Shown piece by piece: positions 24,849 through 32,697 of a stretch of 43,715 nt of DNA. The DNA lies in IMG/VR virus record IMGVR_UViG_3300037608_000054, positions 1-43,715 of that record, one strand, 5' to 3'. A model generated the notes under the pieces. It did not search any database. It was not told where the DNA came from and saw nothing but the letters and a program-made list of their open reading frames with translations. The stretch's first letter is position 1; each line of letters opens with the position of its first letter. The DNA is from a virus (taxonomy: Duplodnaviria; Caudoviricetes). A program made the position numbers and the translations under genes.

Positions 24849-26881
24849 CCATTATGGCTTTCGACCCATTCGCCCTTCCGGGCGCAGACAAGACGAAGAC
24901 GGCCCAGAAGCCGTCAGGCGGGTTCACCGTCAAGAAGAAGGAGCCTGACGAGAATCCTTGGTGGAAAACAGCCCAGAAAGGGGCCGAGTTCCTCGGCGGT
25001 CCTTTGGTCCCCATGGCTAAAGGGGCTTACGGGTTCGCTAAGGAAGCCGCCAAACCTCTGGCTAAAGGGGTGGCCGAGCTTGGATTGACCGCAGCCCAAC
25101 CTTTCACCGTGGCCGCCAAGACCATGCAGACAGGCAGCTTGTCCAAGGGTCTTGAGGAAGCGGAGAAAGGTATGGATTTGCCGTATGTAGGGAAGGCCAA
25201 ACCGCTCACGTCCCCGAAACGCCTCGCCGGTACGGCATTGACCCTGGGTTCTTTGGTCCCAAAAGCTACGTTCTCCGGGGCTGCTTTGTCTGGTGCCATG
25301 TACGGAGCTGGGACTTCCATGCAGGAGGACGAACCGCTCACGACAGCCGCCGCAAAAGGGACGACCGGGGCTATCGCAGGTCTCGCCACCTTGGGTGCGT
25401 TGAAAGGCGGAAAAGGCGTAGTCGAAAAGGGCGTCTCCAATACCTGGAAAGACGCCGAAGCGAGGATAACCGAACAGGCTTTCGCTTGGGGACACAATCT
25501 CAAGAAGATGGACGTGAACGCCATCAAGAACATGGCGTCGGATGTCTTGGGCCGCGTCAAATCCGTGAAGTCAGCATCCGTAGGTGCCTCCGGCGGCATG
25601 GAGACACCTAAATTCCTCGAAGCCATATCCCGTGAACGCCAAGGGGTATTCAAGGAAGGCTTGGGAGTATTCGAGAAAGCCAAGGCTAAAATCCAGGACA
25701 CCTTCGGGAAACGCGCCGAGACGATAGCCACCAGAATCGGACCGGATGCGAAAATCAACCCGCAGAACCTCCGCCAGAAATTGATGGAGTCGGTATCCAG
25801 CAAAGGCTTCGGCGTGGCGCAACGCCCTGCCGTGAAAGGCGCGAAAATCAAGGGTAAATTTGATGTCTCGCAGAAGGGCGGACTCGATATCTCCGGGGCT
25901 ACCGATGATGTGAAATCGGTCATCTCAAGAATCAACAACATCATCGACCAGACGGCGGATACTTCCTTCCAAGGTTCCATGAACCTCAAGCAAGCGTTGG
26001 GTGAACTATACGAGGATGTCGAACCAGGTGCCGGTAAGGCCGTGCTGGATGACGTGTTCGGGAGCCTCATGAATGAAATCAGGGGATTAGGGAAATCACC
26101 GGCCACCGCCAAACAGATTGATTTGATGCTGAACGACTACAAGAGCTATCTGGACACCAAATCGGCCTTCAAGGGATTCGTGAAGGAAGGGACGAACGCC
26201 AGCCAGGAATCCAAGGCTTTCTCGGACTTCTGGAATACGCTGGTGAAGAAAGACCCGTCCAAGATTGATGCCTTGCGGTTCTTCGAGAAGGAGGCCGGTA
26301 TCAAGCCTGGGACGATGGAGAACAAGATGTGGGGCGTCCAGATGGCTGAGAACATAATCCAGGAGAAGCCCCTCATGCAACCGAGGGAACTCAGCATGTC
26401 CAAGGGAAGCATGATAGGCCGTGGCATCGAATACCTCAGCAAGAAGGTAGCTACGCCTGAAAGGGCTTTGAAGACATTCGTGGACCAAGCTGAACGCGAA
26501 GGGATGAAGGTCACGCCGCAATACAGGAAGTTCCTGGGGAACGTGCTCGCTAACCCCACCTTGGCGAAGTCGCTCGGCCTCATGCTGACAAGACAGGCTA
26601 CCGGTGCCCTCGATACGAAACCCCCCTCCATGGCGGAGGGAGACCTCTCCGGCGGCGAGACCCAGCCTCTTGAGGCCATGGGGGATGAGGTATCCTTCGA
26701 TTCCGTGTTCGGGGAGGCCCCTTCATCGGCTGTGGGAAGTCCGACAGCGAGCCCTTCCGCACCTCAGGCTTCCGGGGAAGAGATTCCCTTCGATTCCGTG
26801 TTCGGCCCAAGTGACGATTGGGGGGATACCCTCGATGAGGGACTTTATGGTGAGCCCCAAGACGGGGATTACCTATACTGA
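24845..26881 (+). CDS. Internal virion (DNA ejection) protein
   Basis: 678 aa; A/G-rich hydrophobic stretch, helical body, acidic tail with FDSVFG twice; last late gene. Confidence 0.55.
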   Translation: MTIMAFDPFALPGADKTKTAQKPSGGFTVKKKEPDENPWWKTAQKGAEFLGGPLVPMAKGAYGFAKEAAKPLAKGVAELGLTAAQPFTVAAKTMQTGSLSKGLEEAEKGMDLPYVGKAKPLTSPKRLAGTALTLGSLVPKATFSGAALSGAMYGAGTSMQEDEPLTTAAAKGTTGAIAGLATLGALKGGKGVVEKGVSNTWKDAEARITEQAFAWGHNLKKMDVNAIKNMASDVLGRVKSVKSASVGASGGMETPKFLEAISRERQGVFKEGLGVFEKAKAKIQDTFGKRAETIATRIGPDAKINPQNLRQKLMESVSSKGFGVAQRPAVKGAKIKGKFDVSQKGGLDISGATDDVKSVISRINNIIDQTADTSFQGSMNLKQALGELYEDVEPGAGKAVLDDVFGSLMNEIRGLGKSPATAKQIDLMLNDYKSYLDTKSAFKGFVKEGTNASQESKAFSDFWNTLVKKDPSKIDALRFFEKEAGIKPGTMENKMWGVQMAENIIQEKPLMQPRELSMSKGSMIGRGIEYLSKKVATPERALKTFVDQAEREGMKVTPQYRKFLGNVLANPTLAKSLGLMLTRQATGALDTKPPSMAEGDLSGGETQPLEAMGDEVSFDSVFGEAPSSAVGSPTASPSAPQASGEEIPFDSVFGPSDDWGDTLDEGLYGEPQDGDYLY

Positions 26882-26897
26882 ACAAACCATAGGGTCG

Positions 26898-26932
26898 AAA
26901 AAAGACTAGCTCTTGAGTCTAGTCTTTTTTTT
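26898..26932. terminator. Bidirectional intrinsic terminator
   Basis: aaaaaagactag / ctagtctttttt 12-bp inverted repeat with A and T runs, where + and - operons converge. Confidence 0.85.
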
Positions 26933-26946
26933 CGGCACATCCAGCC

Positions 26947-27231
26947 TTAGCCTTTTCCTAGGCGGCGGCCAGCAGCGCCAGCTTTGGCCTTGGAGTTCAA
27001 GGGCGGCTTCTTGGATGTGGATGCGGCCCCCTCCTCGGTCACGTCCAGTATAGCATCAGGGGAAAGCGGGGTACACAGGACGACCCATCCGCGAAGCTCA
27101 TAGAGCTTGGGCAAAGCCAAAAAACCCATCTTCTGGAGATGGACGGAGACTTTGCAGGCCGCTTCGTATGTACCGAAGATGAACCTGCCCACCCCCTCAA
27201 CGGCGGTATTCCCAGCTTTCGTCCTCTTCAT
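26947..27231 (-). CDS. Hypothetical protein
   Basis: Ends beside the terminator; start at 27231 (MKRTKAG) chosen to limit overlap, uncertain. Confidence 0.45.
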   Translation of the reverse strand: MKRTKAGNTAVEGVGRFIFGTYEAACKVSVHLQKMGFLALPKLYELRGWVVLCTPLSPDAILDVTEEGAASTSKKPPLNSKAKAGAAGRRLGKG

Positions 27232-27484
27232 GCTGGATTTGCTCAGAGGCCGTGGAAATCCTCGTCTTGAGGTTTTTGATTTGGTCGCCATAGGGTAATG
27301 CAGGGACGAGGAGTTCCTTGTCGTAATATCGTTTGACATCCGCTTGGAGGAGCGGGGAATCCTTGAATATGAACCTGGCTTTCGTATGGTGGATGGGGAA
27401 ATCAATCTTCTCCAGTACGTGCCTGTGGAGCAAGAGGGCCGCCGAGAGATGGAGGTCGCCTGAAAAAAAATAGGTATTTTTCAT
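27197..27484 (-). CDS. DUF5659-like protein
   Basis: DLHLSAALL...FIF...Y...IKNLKTRI pattern, recalled from this family. Confidence 0.55.
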   Translation of the reverse strand: MKNTYFFSGDLHLSAALLLHRHVLEKIDFPIHHTKARFIFKDSPLLQADVKRYYDKELLVPALPYGDQIKNLKTRISTASEQIQHEEDESWEYRR

Positions 27485-27485
27485 A

Positions 27486-27839
27486 TCATCTGCCTTTTTT
27501 GACTATGGTATAAGTTTCGTTAGGCTTACCGTTCAGGTATGCCGCCTCGAACAGCCTCATCTTTATCCTGGCGACATCGGTGACGAACCCCTTGCACTCC
27601 ACCCATTCGATGCTCCCGTCATTATGGATTATCCGAAAGTCCACGATATAGGTGCATATCTTGAAGCCGTTGACTTCGAGAGGGACACGAATCTGCTTTT
27701 CCCATTTGGCTATGTCTTTCGCGCGGAGGCGGATGTCCAATTCAGCGGCGAAAGCAGCCTCGAATTTTGAATGGTAGTACGAACCGTCGTAGATTGAACT
27801 TTTGGCGTTGTACTTGTTCCCTGGCTTCTGGAGATACAT
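27486..27839 (-). CDS. DUF1064-like PD-(D/E)xK nuclease
   Basis: NKYNAK, YHSKFEA, YIVDF, VECKG. Confidence 0.8.
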   Translation of the reverse strand: MYLQKPGNKYNAKSSIYDGSYYHSKFEAAFAAELDIRLRAKDIAKWEKQIRVPLEVNGFKICTYIVDFRIIHNDGSIEWVECKGFVTDVARIKMRLFEAAYLNGKPNETYTIVKKGR

Positions 27840-27855
27840 GTCCCCAGTATACCAT

Positions 27856-27990
27856 CTACCCCTTGAAGATGAGCAACAGACCTAAAATGACCAGCGCCAG
27901 CGGTATCAGACATCCAGAATAGCCGCAACTGCAACCGCCGTCCTGCATGGTTGTCCTGTCTTCTTCCTTCAGTTTGTCCCAAATATCCAT
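27856..27990 (-). CDS. Small membrane protein, 44 aa
   Basis: MDIWDKLK...GCSCGYSGCLIPLALVILGLLLIFKG; fills a gap in the operon. Confidence 0.5.
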   Translation of the reverse strand: MDIWDKLKEEDRTTMQDGGCSCGYSGCLIPLALVILGLLLIFKG

Positions 27991-27997
27991 AAGTTTT

Positions 27998-28072
27998 TCA
28001 TCTCACCATCCACGCCCACGCCAAGGCCAGGAGGAAAACCCCGGAAAAGAGTTTGACGAAGGTATCGAACAT
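27998..28072 (-). CDS. Small hydrophobic peptide, 24 aa
   Basis: MFDTFVKLFSGVFLLALAWAWMVR; TATG start 1 nt after the upstream stop. Confidence 0.45.
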   Translation of the reverse strand: MFDTFVKLFSGVFLLALAWAWMVR

Positions 28073-28073
28073 A

Positions 28074-28256
28074 TTATTTCTTAGGCCATTTCAGCTTGCT
28101 GATGGCTTTATCCAGCTTCATCGAACACTCGACGCAGACTTCCCAAATGCCGTAAGTCCTGGTCATCGGGAACTTGATTATCTCCTCCCCTATGCGGGCG
28201 TTCTGTTCGGCTTCCACCTTGCCGCAGAGGTCGCAGACCATTTGAATTTTTCTCAT
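28074..28256 (-). CDS. Small Zn-finger protein
   Basis: CDLC...CVEC; ATGA overlap with the upstream gene. Confidence 0.55.
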   Translation of the reverse strand: MRKIQMVCDLCGKVEAEQNARIGEEIIKFPMTRTYGIWEVCVECSMKLDKAISKLKWPKK

Positions 28257-28588
28257 ATCTCCTTGATTTTCTCGTCGAGCCAGGCATAGATGGCCCCCGC
28301 CGCTTTCAGTTGTTTTTCTTTTACGATAATCTCCCCAGCCATTTCCTGGCACTCCTCAAAAGCCTTCTTCCGGGCTTCGGCTATCGCTCCCTCCATCAAC
28401 CTATCGACCTTCCTCTGGTTGCTCTCGATGGTCGCGTCCTGGATTCTGGCGATGTATGGGTGCCACCATTTGAAAAACTCTGCTTCGTTCATCACCATTT
28501 GGCCACAGCTAGGGTCAGCGCAAACTATCATTCCGTGTTCGTCAGAACCTCCGCTAAAGTGGCGAATCCATTTGTGCTTGTGTGTCAT
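28253..28588 (-). CDS. Hypothetical protein
   Basis: 111 aa; HKHKW...C...C N-terminus. Confidence 0.6.
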   Translation of the reverse strand: MTHKHKWIRHFSGGSDEHGMIVCADPSCGQMVMNEAEFFKWWHPYIARIQDATIESNQRKVDRLMEGAIAEARKKAFEECQEMAGEIIVKEKQLKAAGAIYAWLDEKIKEI

Positions 28589-28595
28589 AGGTTCT

Positions 28596-28790
28596 CTAAA
28601 TCCTTATCCAGCCGAGGGCTTTTTTGTTAGCTTCCTCATCTTCCTCCTCCAGCTTCCGAATTTCGGCTATGAGGATGTCCCCGTCAATCACCTCGACGGT
28701 CGTGTAGAGACTGTCCCTGTTCACGAATGGGACGGTCAGTTTCGCCTTCTCCACGGCTTCAATCAGTCTTTTGTATACGGACATATTCAT
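28596..28790 (-). CDS. Hypothetical protein
   Basis: 64-aa coupled ORF. Confidence 0.55.
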   Translation of the reverse strand: MNMSVYKRLIEAVEKAKLTVPFVNRDSLYTTVEVIDGDILIAEIRKLEEEDEEANKKALGWIRI

Positions 28791-29011
28791 TTCTTCTTAG
28801 GTTTCTTAGCTAACCTATCGGGTCGCCAAGTCTCGAATATCTCATCCAGCGTGATGTAGGCACTCCACGCGCGGCAAACCACGCAAGCCGGATAGTAGAC
28901 GGGACATGGGCCGCCCAACCCGTCCTTGATGAACTTCTTGAGCTTCCGCATCTGCGGGTGACTGTCCTTGTCTGGTATCAAATCAACATCGAAGATGGGT
29001 TTTTTTGGCAT
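28787..29011 (-). CDS. Hypothetical Cys-containing protein
   Basis: GPCPVYYPACVVCRAW; TATG start at 29011. Confidence 0.55.
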   Translation of the reverse strand: MPKKPIFDVDLIPDKDSHPQMRKLKKFIKDGLGGPCPVYYPACVVCRAWSAYITLDEIFETWRPDRLAKKPKKK

Positions 29012-29012
29012 A

Positions 29013-29204
29013 TTATTCGCTTGCACGGAACAGGTAATCCAGCACTGTCCAGTATTCTTTATCCGAAGCCATCTTGCCTTTCTTCAAGTAAGCTATGACA
29101 TAGTCCGTATTCGTTTTTTCGTCGTGCCGCATGATGGCCTGGCTTTTTATAATTGGTTTTATTCCCTTCTTTGCTAGGTAAATTATAAGTGGTTTCATAT
29201 TCAT
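29013..29204 (-). CDS. Hypothetical protein
   Basis: 63-aa ORF directly downstream of the structured element. Confidence 0.5.
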   Translation of the reverse strand: MNMKPLIIYLAKKGIKPIIKSQAIMRHDEKTNTDYVIAYLKKGKMASDKEYWTVLDYLFRASE

Positions 29205-29549
29205 TTATTCGTTAGTCCCCGCCGACCTCCCGTGACACGCATTTGCACGAGCGACACCCGCATCCGCAGTAATCGCCCACATCGGCCAGGGTTCAGCCCC
29301 ATTCGGGGATGGGTACAGGCTGACCTGCGCCTCTTATTCCCCTAAGCCCGTGTCATGGGAGTGCGGCGGTTCCCGATAGGGACGGAACCCTATCAGGAGG
29401 CCGGGTATACCTACCCACCGGCTGACGCCTCCCCGGTACTGCGGGTTCCCCCGCCGACGGGACGCAAGAGGGTTTAGGCTTGCGCCTTTCTGCCTCTCAA
29501 CGTCCCTCCGGCGAGGGCCGGATTACTCCGGCTGCCGCTTGTGACTTAA
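29205..29549 (-). ncRNA. Putative ~340-nt multi-domain structured RNA with possible pseudoknot
   Basis: GC-rich gap with no ORF of 60 aa or more; long stems 29219-29239/29349-29369 and 29448-29517; GNRA loops on the - strand (aggc-GCAA-gcct, gccgga-GUAA-uccggc); crossing pairing 29264-29271/29437-29444. Confidence 0.6.
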
Positions 29550-29756
29550 TTAAAGAGTGGTAAGCGCACTCATCAGACCCGCAGGATTTGGCGAGTTATC
29601 CACCGTGAATCTCGTCTCGCCTTTGTCCTTGTACGGTTTTTGGCAGTTGTCCCAACAGATACCGCAACAGGTATGCTCCACCTTATCAGCCGCCCACCAA
29701 CGATTACGATAATCGACATCTACCCCACTTCCGCAATGGCATTTTTCTCTGTCCAT
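29550..29756 (-). CDS. Small Cys-rich protein
   Basis: MDREKCHCGSG...CCGICWDNC; TATG start at 29756. Confidence 0.55.
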   Translation of the reverse strand: MDREKCHCGSGVDVDYRNRWWAADKVEHTCCGICWDNCQKPYKDKGETRFTVDNSPNPAGLMSALTTL

Positions 29757-29790
29757 ATAATTTTTGGTTGAATGATTATTTTTCCCACGC

Positions 29791-29952
29791 TTATTTTTTA
29801 GATTTATATTGCGTATCCGTCGAACTAAGTTGTCCTTTAGCGGCATAGCAACCACAAACACGGCATACATGGTCATGCGCTTGGCAAAATGTAGGGGCAG
29901 AGCATTTCCATGAGTGGACTTTGCATCCTTTTTCGACTTTAGAGTTTTTCAT
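29791..29952 (-). CDS. Small Cys/His-rich protein
   Basis: CKVHSWKC...C...HVCRVCG. Confidence 0.5.
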   Translation of the reverse strand: MKNSKVEKGCKVHSWKCSAPTFCQAHDHVCRVCGCYAAKGQLSSTDTQYKSKK

Positions 29953-29960
29953 AATGTTGT

Positions 29961-30038
29961 TTATTTTTTCCATGTGAGCAACATCCAGGCCGTATTAGCC
30001 AAGGTTATGCCCAAAACCAAGCCTAGTAGGAAGTCCAT
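29961..30038 (-). CDS. Small hydrophobic peptide, 25 aa
   Basis: MDFLLGLVLGITLANTAWMLLTWKK; TATG start 1 nt after the upstream stop. Confidence 0.45.
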   Translation of the reverse strand: MDFLLGLVLGITLANTAWMLLTWKK

Positions 30039-30039
30039 A

Positions 30040-30489
30040 TTATTTAGTGAGGCTGGCGTATTTCTTGCGGCATGATTCCAGGCTCCGACCCAGCGCACCA
30101 GCCGTGGCTTCCGGGTCTTTGGGGAAATTCTCGCGGAGGAAGGCGATGTTCTCGTTGGAGAAAGCGAACTGTTTGGCGAATCTCCGACCGGAGTTCTTCA
30201 GGGTGTACCTGACCGACGAATCGGAACAGCCGACGGTACGGACAATCTGCTTCACGCTTTTGCCTTCGTCGAACATGGCGACCGCTTGGGCCTTCATCTC
30301 CTCCGTGACGACAGTCCTTTTGTTTTTGGGCATCTTCTTCGCCTTGGCCAACAGCCTCCCCGCCGGGGCCATGCGTATCTGCTCATCGGGTATCCGTCCT
30401 TGGGCGAAAGCCAAAGGGAGAGGACCGCCGGAAAAATCAATCGTCAATCTTAGTTCCCCGGTGACGGGGATTATCATTTGTTGGGACAT
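30040..30489 (-). CDS. Helix-turn-helix DNA-binding protein
   Basis: GKSVKQIVRTVGCSDSSVRYTL HTH, plus a Myb/SANT-like FSNENIAFLRENF...LGRS segment. Confidence 0.7.
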   Translation of the reverse strand: MSQQMIIPVTGELRLTIDFSGGPLPLAFAQGRIPDEQIRMAPAGRLLAKAKKMPKNKRTVVTEEMKAQAVAMFDEGKSVKQIVRTVGCSDSSVRYTLKNSGRRFAKQFAFSNENIAFLRENFPKDPEATAGALGRSLESCRKKYASLTK

Positions 30490-30577
30490 ATAATTTATGT
30501 TTAATCTGGTTTAATCTTTTTAGGCTGTCGGGACTAGATGTTGGCTTCCGCGCAAGGCTTGGATGCGCTGGCGCATG

Positions 30578-30838
30578 TCATAGGTGGGCCTTTGGAACAC
30601 CACCGTCTGCTTTGTGCCAATCGATGGCCACCTTCCCGTCCTGGTACAGCCGCCAGAGGCATCGGCGCGTCCAGTTCACGAAATACCCGCGCGACCTCCC
30701 GAGGGCCAGGGAGCATTGCTTAGCCGTGACTTCTTCCTTCAGGTAAGCGAGGAACAACTCTATCTCGTCGTCCGTCGGCATCTCCATCTCGAACAACCTG
30801 CCGGGGAGGAACGTGTTGGCTTTGGCTATCAGGTTCAT
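30578..30838 (-). CDS. Hypothetical protein
   Basis: 86-aa ORF, TATG start. Confidence 0.6.
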   Translation of the reverse strand: MNLIAKANTFLPGRLFEMEMPTDDEIELFLAYLKEEVTAKQCSLALGRSRGYFVNWTRRCLWRLYQDGKVAIDWHKADGGVPKAHL

Positions 30839-30843
30839 ATGGG

Positions 30844-31527
30844 TTAGTTTTCCTTGCTCAGGAAATCGATTATCTTCTCGTAGTTCTCCTCCGTGAGTTC
30901 CATGTCAGTCAGGGTCTTGACCGCCGCTCCCCAGCCCTCCTTGGTCTCCGGGGACATCCCGGCTCGCTTCACGAGGGCCATGATGACCTGTTTCCGGGCC
31001 GTCATTGGGTCTGAGATGTTCTTCGAGGGGAACGGTTCCTTCTCGGTCTTTTCCGCTTCTTTGGTCTTTTGCTTGTCCTCAAGGTATTTGGATATGTCCT
31101 TGATTTTGTTCCCCCGTTCATCCAGAGGTTCTCCATAATCATTGATGGGGAGCCAAAGTATCTCCAGGTTGTACAGGAACCGCCCGATTCCCCACTTCAC
31201 GGCGGCACGTTTGAACGCATCGGAGTATGCGCCCTTCTCGGATTCATAGTCGGACGGTGTGCCGATGTCGGCTTTGGCTATCCAGTCCTTGCCGCTCTTC
31301 AATGAGAGCTTGCAGACGACCCCTTTCAGGGCTCCGACCCCATCGTAGATGACCTGGTATTCGTCCTGCCAACCATCAGCCCCTACGGTCGCGTCCAGGA
31401 TGTCCATGACATCCCTCGCATCGATATAGGCCACGAAGGAGCCGCTACGTTTGTCTTTCGATTTGGATTGGATTTTCCATTGGTACGAGATGGGGGCTTT
31501 GAGCTTAGCTTGCGTCTCCTGGTCCAT
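30844..31527 (-). CDS. sak: Sak/Rad52-family single-strand annealing protein
   Basis: VAYIDARDVMDILD...W and KGAYSDAFKRAAVKWGIGRFLY signature. Confidence 0.9.
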   Translation of the reverse strand: MDQETQAKLKAPISYQWKIQSKSKDKRSGSFVAYIDARDVMDILDATVGADGWQDEYQVIYDGVGALKGVVCKLSLKSGKDWIAKADIGTPSDYESEKGAYSDAFKRAAVKWGIGRFLYNLEILWLPINDYGEPLDERGNKIKDISKYLEDKQKTKEAEKTEKEPFPSKNISDPMTARKQVIMALVKRAGMSPETKEGWGAAVKTLTDMELTEENYEKIIDFLSKEN

Positions 31528-31843
31528 AGTCCGTGGTGGTTATGTAGTTAGGTGGGTCTGTGCGGTCGTAGATGGCCTGGAAGCCTCTACCGTAGACTTC
31601 CTCCCCCATGATTCTTAACAGCATGAAGAAGGCATCCTGGTACGCCTCGATGAGGCTTCCATCCTCCCAGCCCACGCAATGGGCATCGAAGTCGTGGAGG
31701 ATGCGGTCATACACGGTGTGGAAGGTCCGGTCGTCCTTCCAGGCATCAGTCCCCTGGGGGGTCTTCGGCATACCTTCCCTGAAGGCATCGACCAGGTGCC
31801 AGAGGGACAGGCTGAGTTGTCTCCGGTCAAGTTTTGTTTTCAT
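31505..31843 (-). CDS. Hypothetical protein
   Basis: 112-aa coupled ORF. Confidence 0.55.
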   Translation of the reverse strand: MKTKLDRRQLSLSLWHLVDAFREGMPKTPQGTDAWKDDRTFHTVYDRILHDFDAHCVGWEDGSLIEAYQDAFFMLLRIMGEEVYGRGFQAIYDRTDPPNYITTTDYGPGDAS

Positions 31844-32148
31844 AGTCTCTTCAGCAGGCCGGGCGGAATTTGTTCGGAATAGTTCCAGTAATCATCCGTC
31901 CCGCAGATGTCGCATATCTTTTCGCGGTATTTGCCGAGCTTAGTCTGGTCGAGGTCGTCGGATTCCACCTCGTAGAGGATGCCACCGTAGGTCTTGGCGT
32001 GTTCCAAGTCTGGCGTGAGATAGACAAATGAGCATCCTGGGACATTGAGTGGCTTGCCATGTGCGTCGCTCAAGCCGGAGGCAGGAACCAAACCGTGCTT
32101 GTCTATGGACTTCTCGTTGTCTTCGCTCGTGGCATGATATAGTTTCAT
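31840..32148 (-). CDS. ADP-ribosyltransferase-fold protein (Tpt1/KptA C-terminal-like)
   Basis: KLYHATS...SIDKHGL...VYLTPD...AKTYG...YEV...IPP; alternative start at 32190. Confidence 0.65.
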   Translation of the reverse strand: MKLYHATSEDNEKSIDKHGLVPASGLSDAHGKPLNVPGCSFVYLTPDLEHAKTYGGILYEVESDDLDQTKLGKYREKICDICGTDDYWNYSEQIPPGLLKRL

Positions 32149-32193
32149 ATGGTTTATTCTTATGGATTCGCTCCGCTCTTCTTCCGCCATGGT

Positions 32194-32616
32194 TTAGAAT
32201 GGAGGCTCTTCGGTGTCCCTGGGCGGCTCCTCCCGAGTCGTTTCCTCGAATTTCTTTTCCTGCTCCTTCGACCAGATGGCCACTTCGACCTTATCCCGCT
32301 CCAAGAAAAAGCTCTCCCGGCACGCCGGACAATATAGCCACTTGTTGAAGAAATACCTTTGCCCCTCTTTTGGTACCCAGCCCGGTTTATGCGTCCCCTC
32401 CTTGAGTTCGCCTTTCCCGCACTTCGGGCATTGCTCACCTAGGGTGTGGATGACTTCAGGTTGGCTCAACCCCTTATGCCCTATCAGGGACGATGGATTG
32501 CCCTCCCTGGCCTGGAACTTGACCTCCGCCTTGCATGAGCGGCATGTGGCCGTTATCCAGCCGTCTTTTTTCTCGAAGGTCCAACTGTTCGTGGAACACT
32601 CTCTGCATGGGTTCAT
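32194..32616 (-). CDS. Double zinc-ribbon protein
   Basis: CREC, CRSC, CPKC and CPAC. Confidence 0.65.
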   Translation of the reverse strand: MNPCRECSTNSWTFEKKDGWITATCRSCKAEVKFQAREGNPSSLIGHKGLSQPEVIHTLGEQCPKCGKGELKEGTHKPGWVPKEGQRYFFNKWLYCPACRESFFLERDKVEVAIWSKEQEKKFEETTREEPPRDTEEPPF

Positions 32617-32635
32617 AGGATTTGGCTTTTGCCTC

Positions 32636-32697
32636 TTGACTTATTATCTCTTATGTAGTAGCATGACTACTATAACCCATATGAATAATCTTGTCAA
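32636..32697. promoter_or_regulatory. Overlapping divergent sigma70-type promoters with a central palindrome
   Basis: + TTGACT(32636)-17-TAGCAT; - TTGACA(32697)-17-TATAGT; tagtag-N5-ctacta at 32656-32672. Confidence 0.6.

Noticed and set aside
218-26885. Long antisense ORFs over the late genes (e.g. 360-1628, 2374-3606, 25027-26112)
   Set aside because: Shadows of GC-rich codon usage; no motifs or start context.
32213-32680. N-terminal extension of the 32213-33298 ORF
   Set aside because: Overlaps the - strand zinc-ribbon gene and the promoter region; start placed at 32681.
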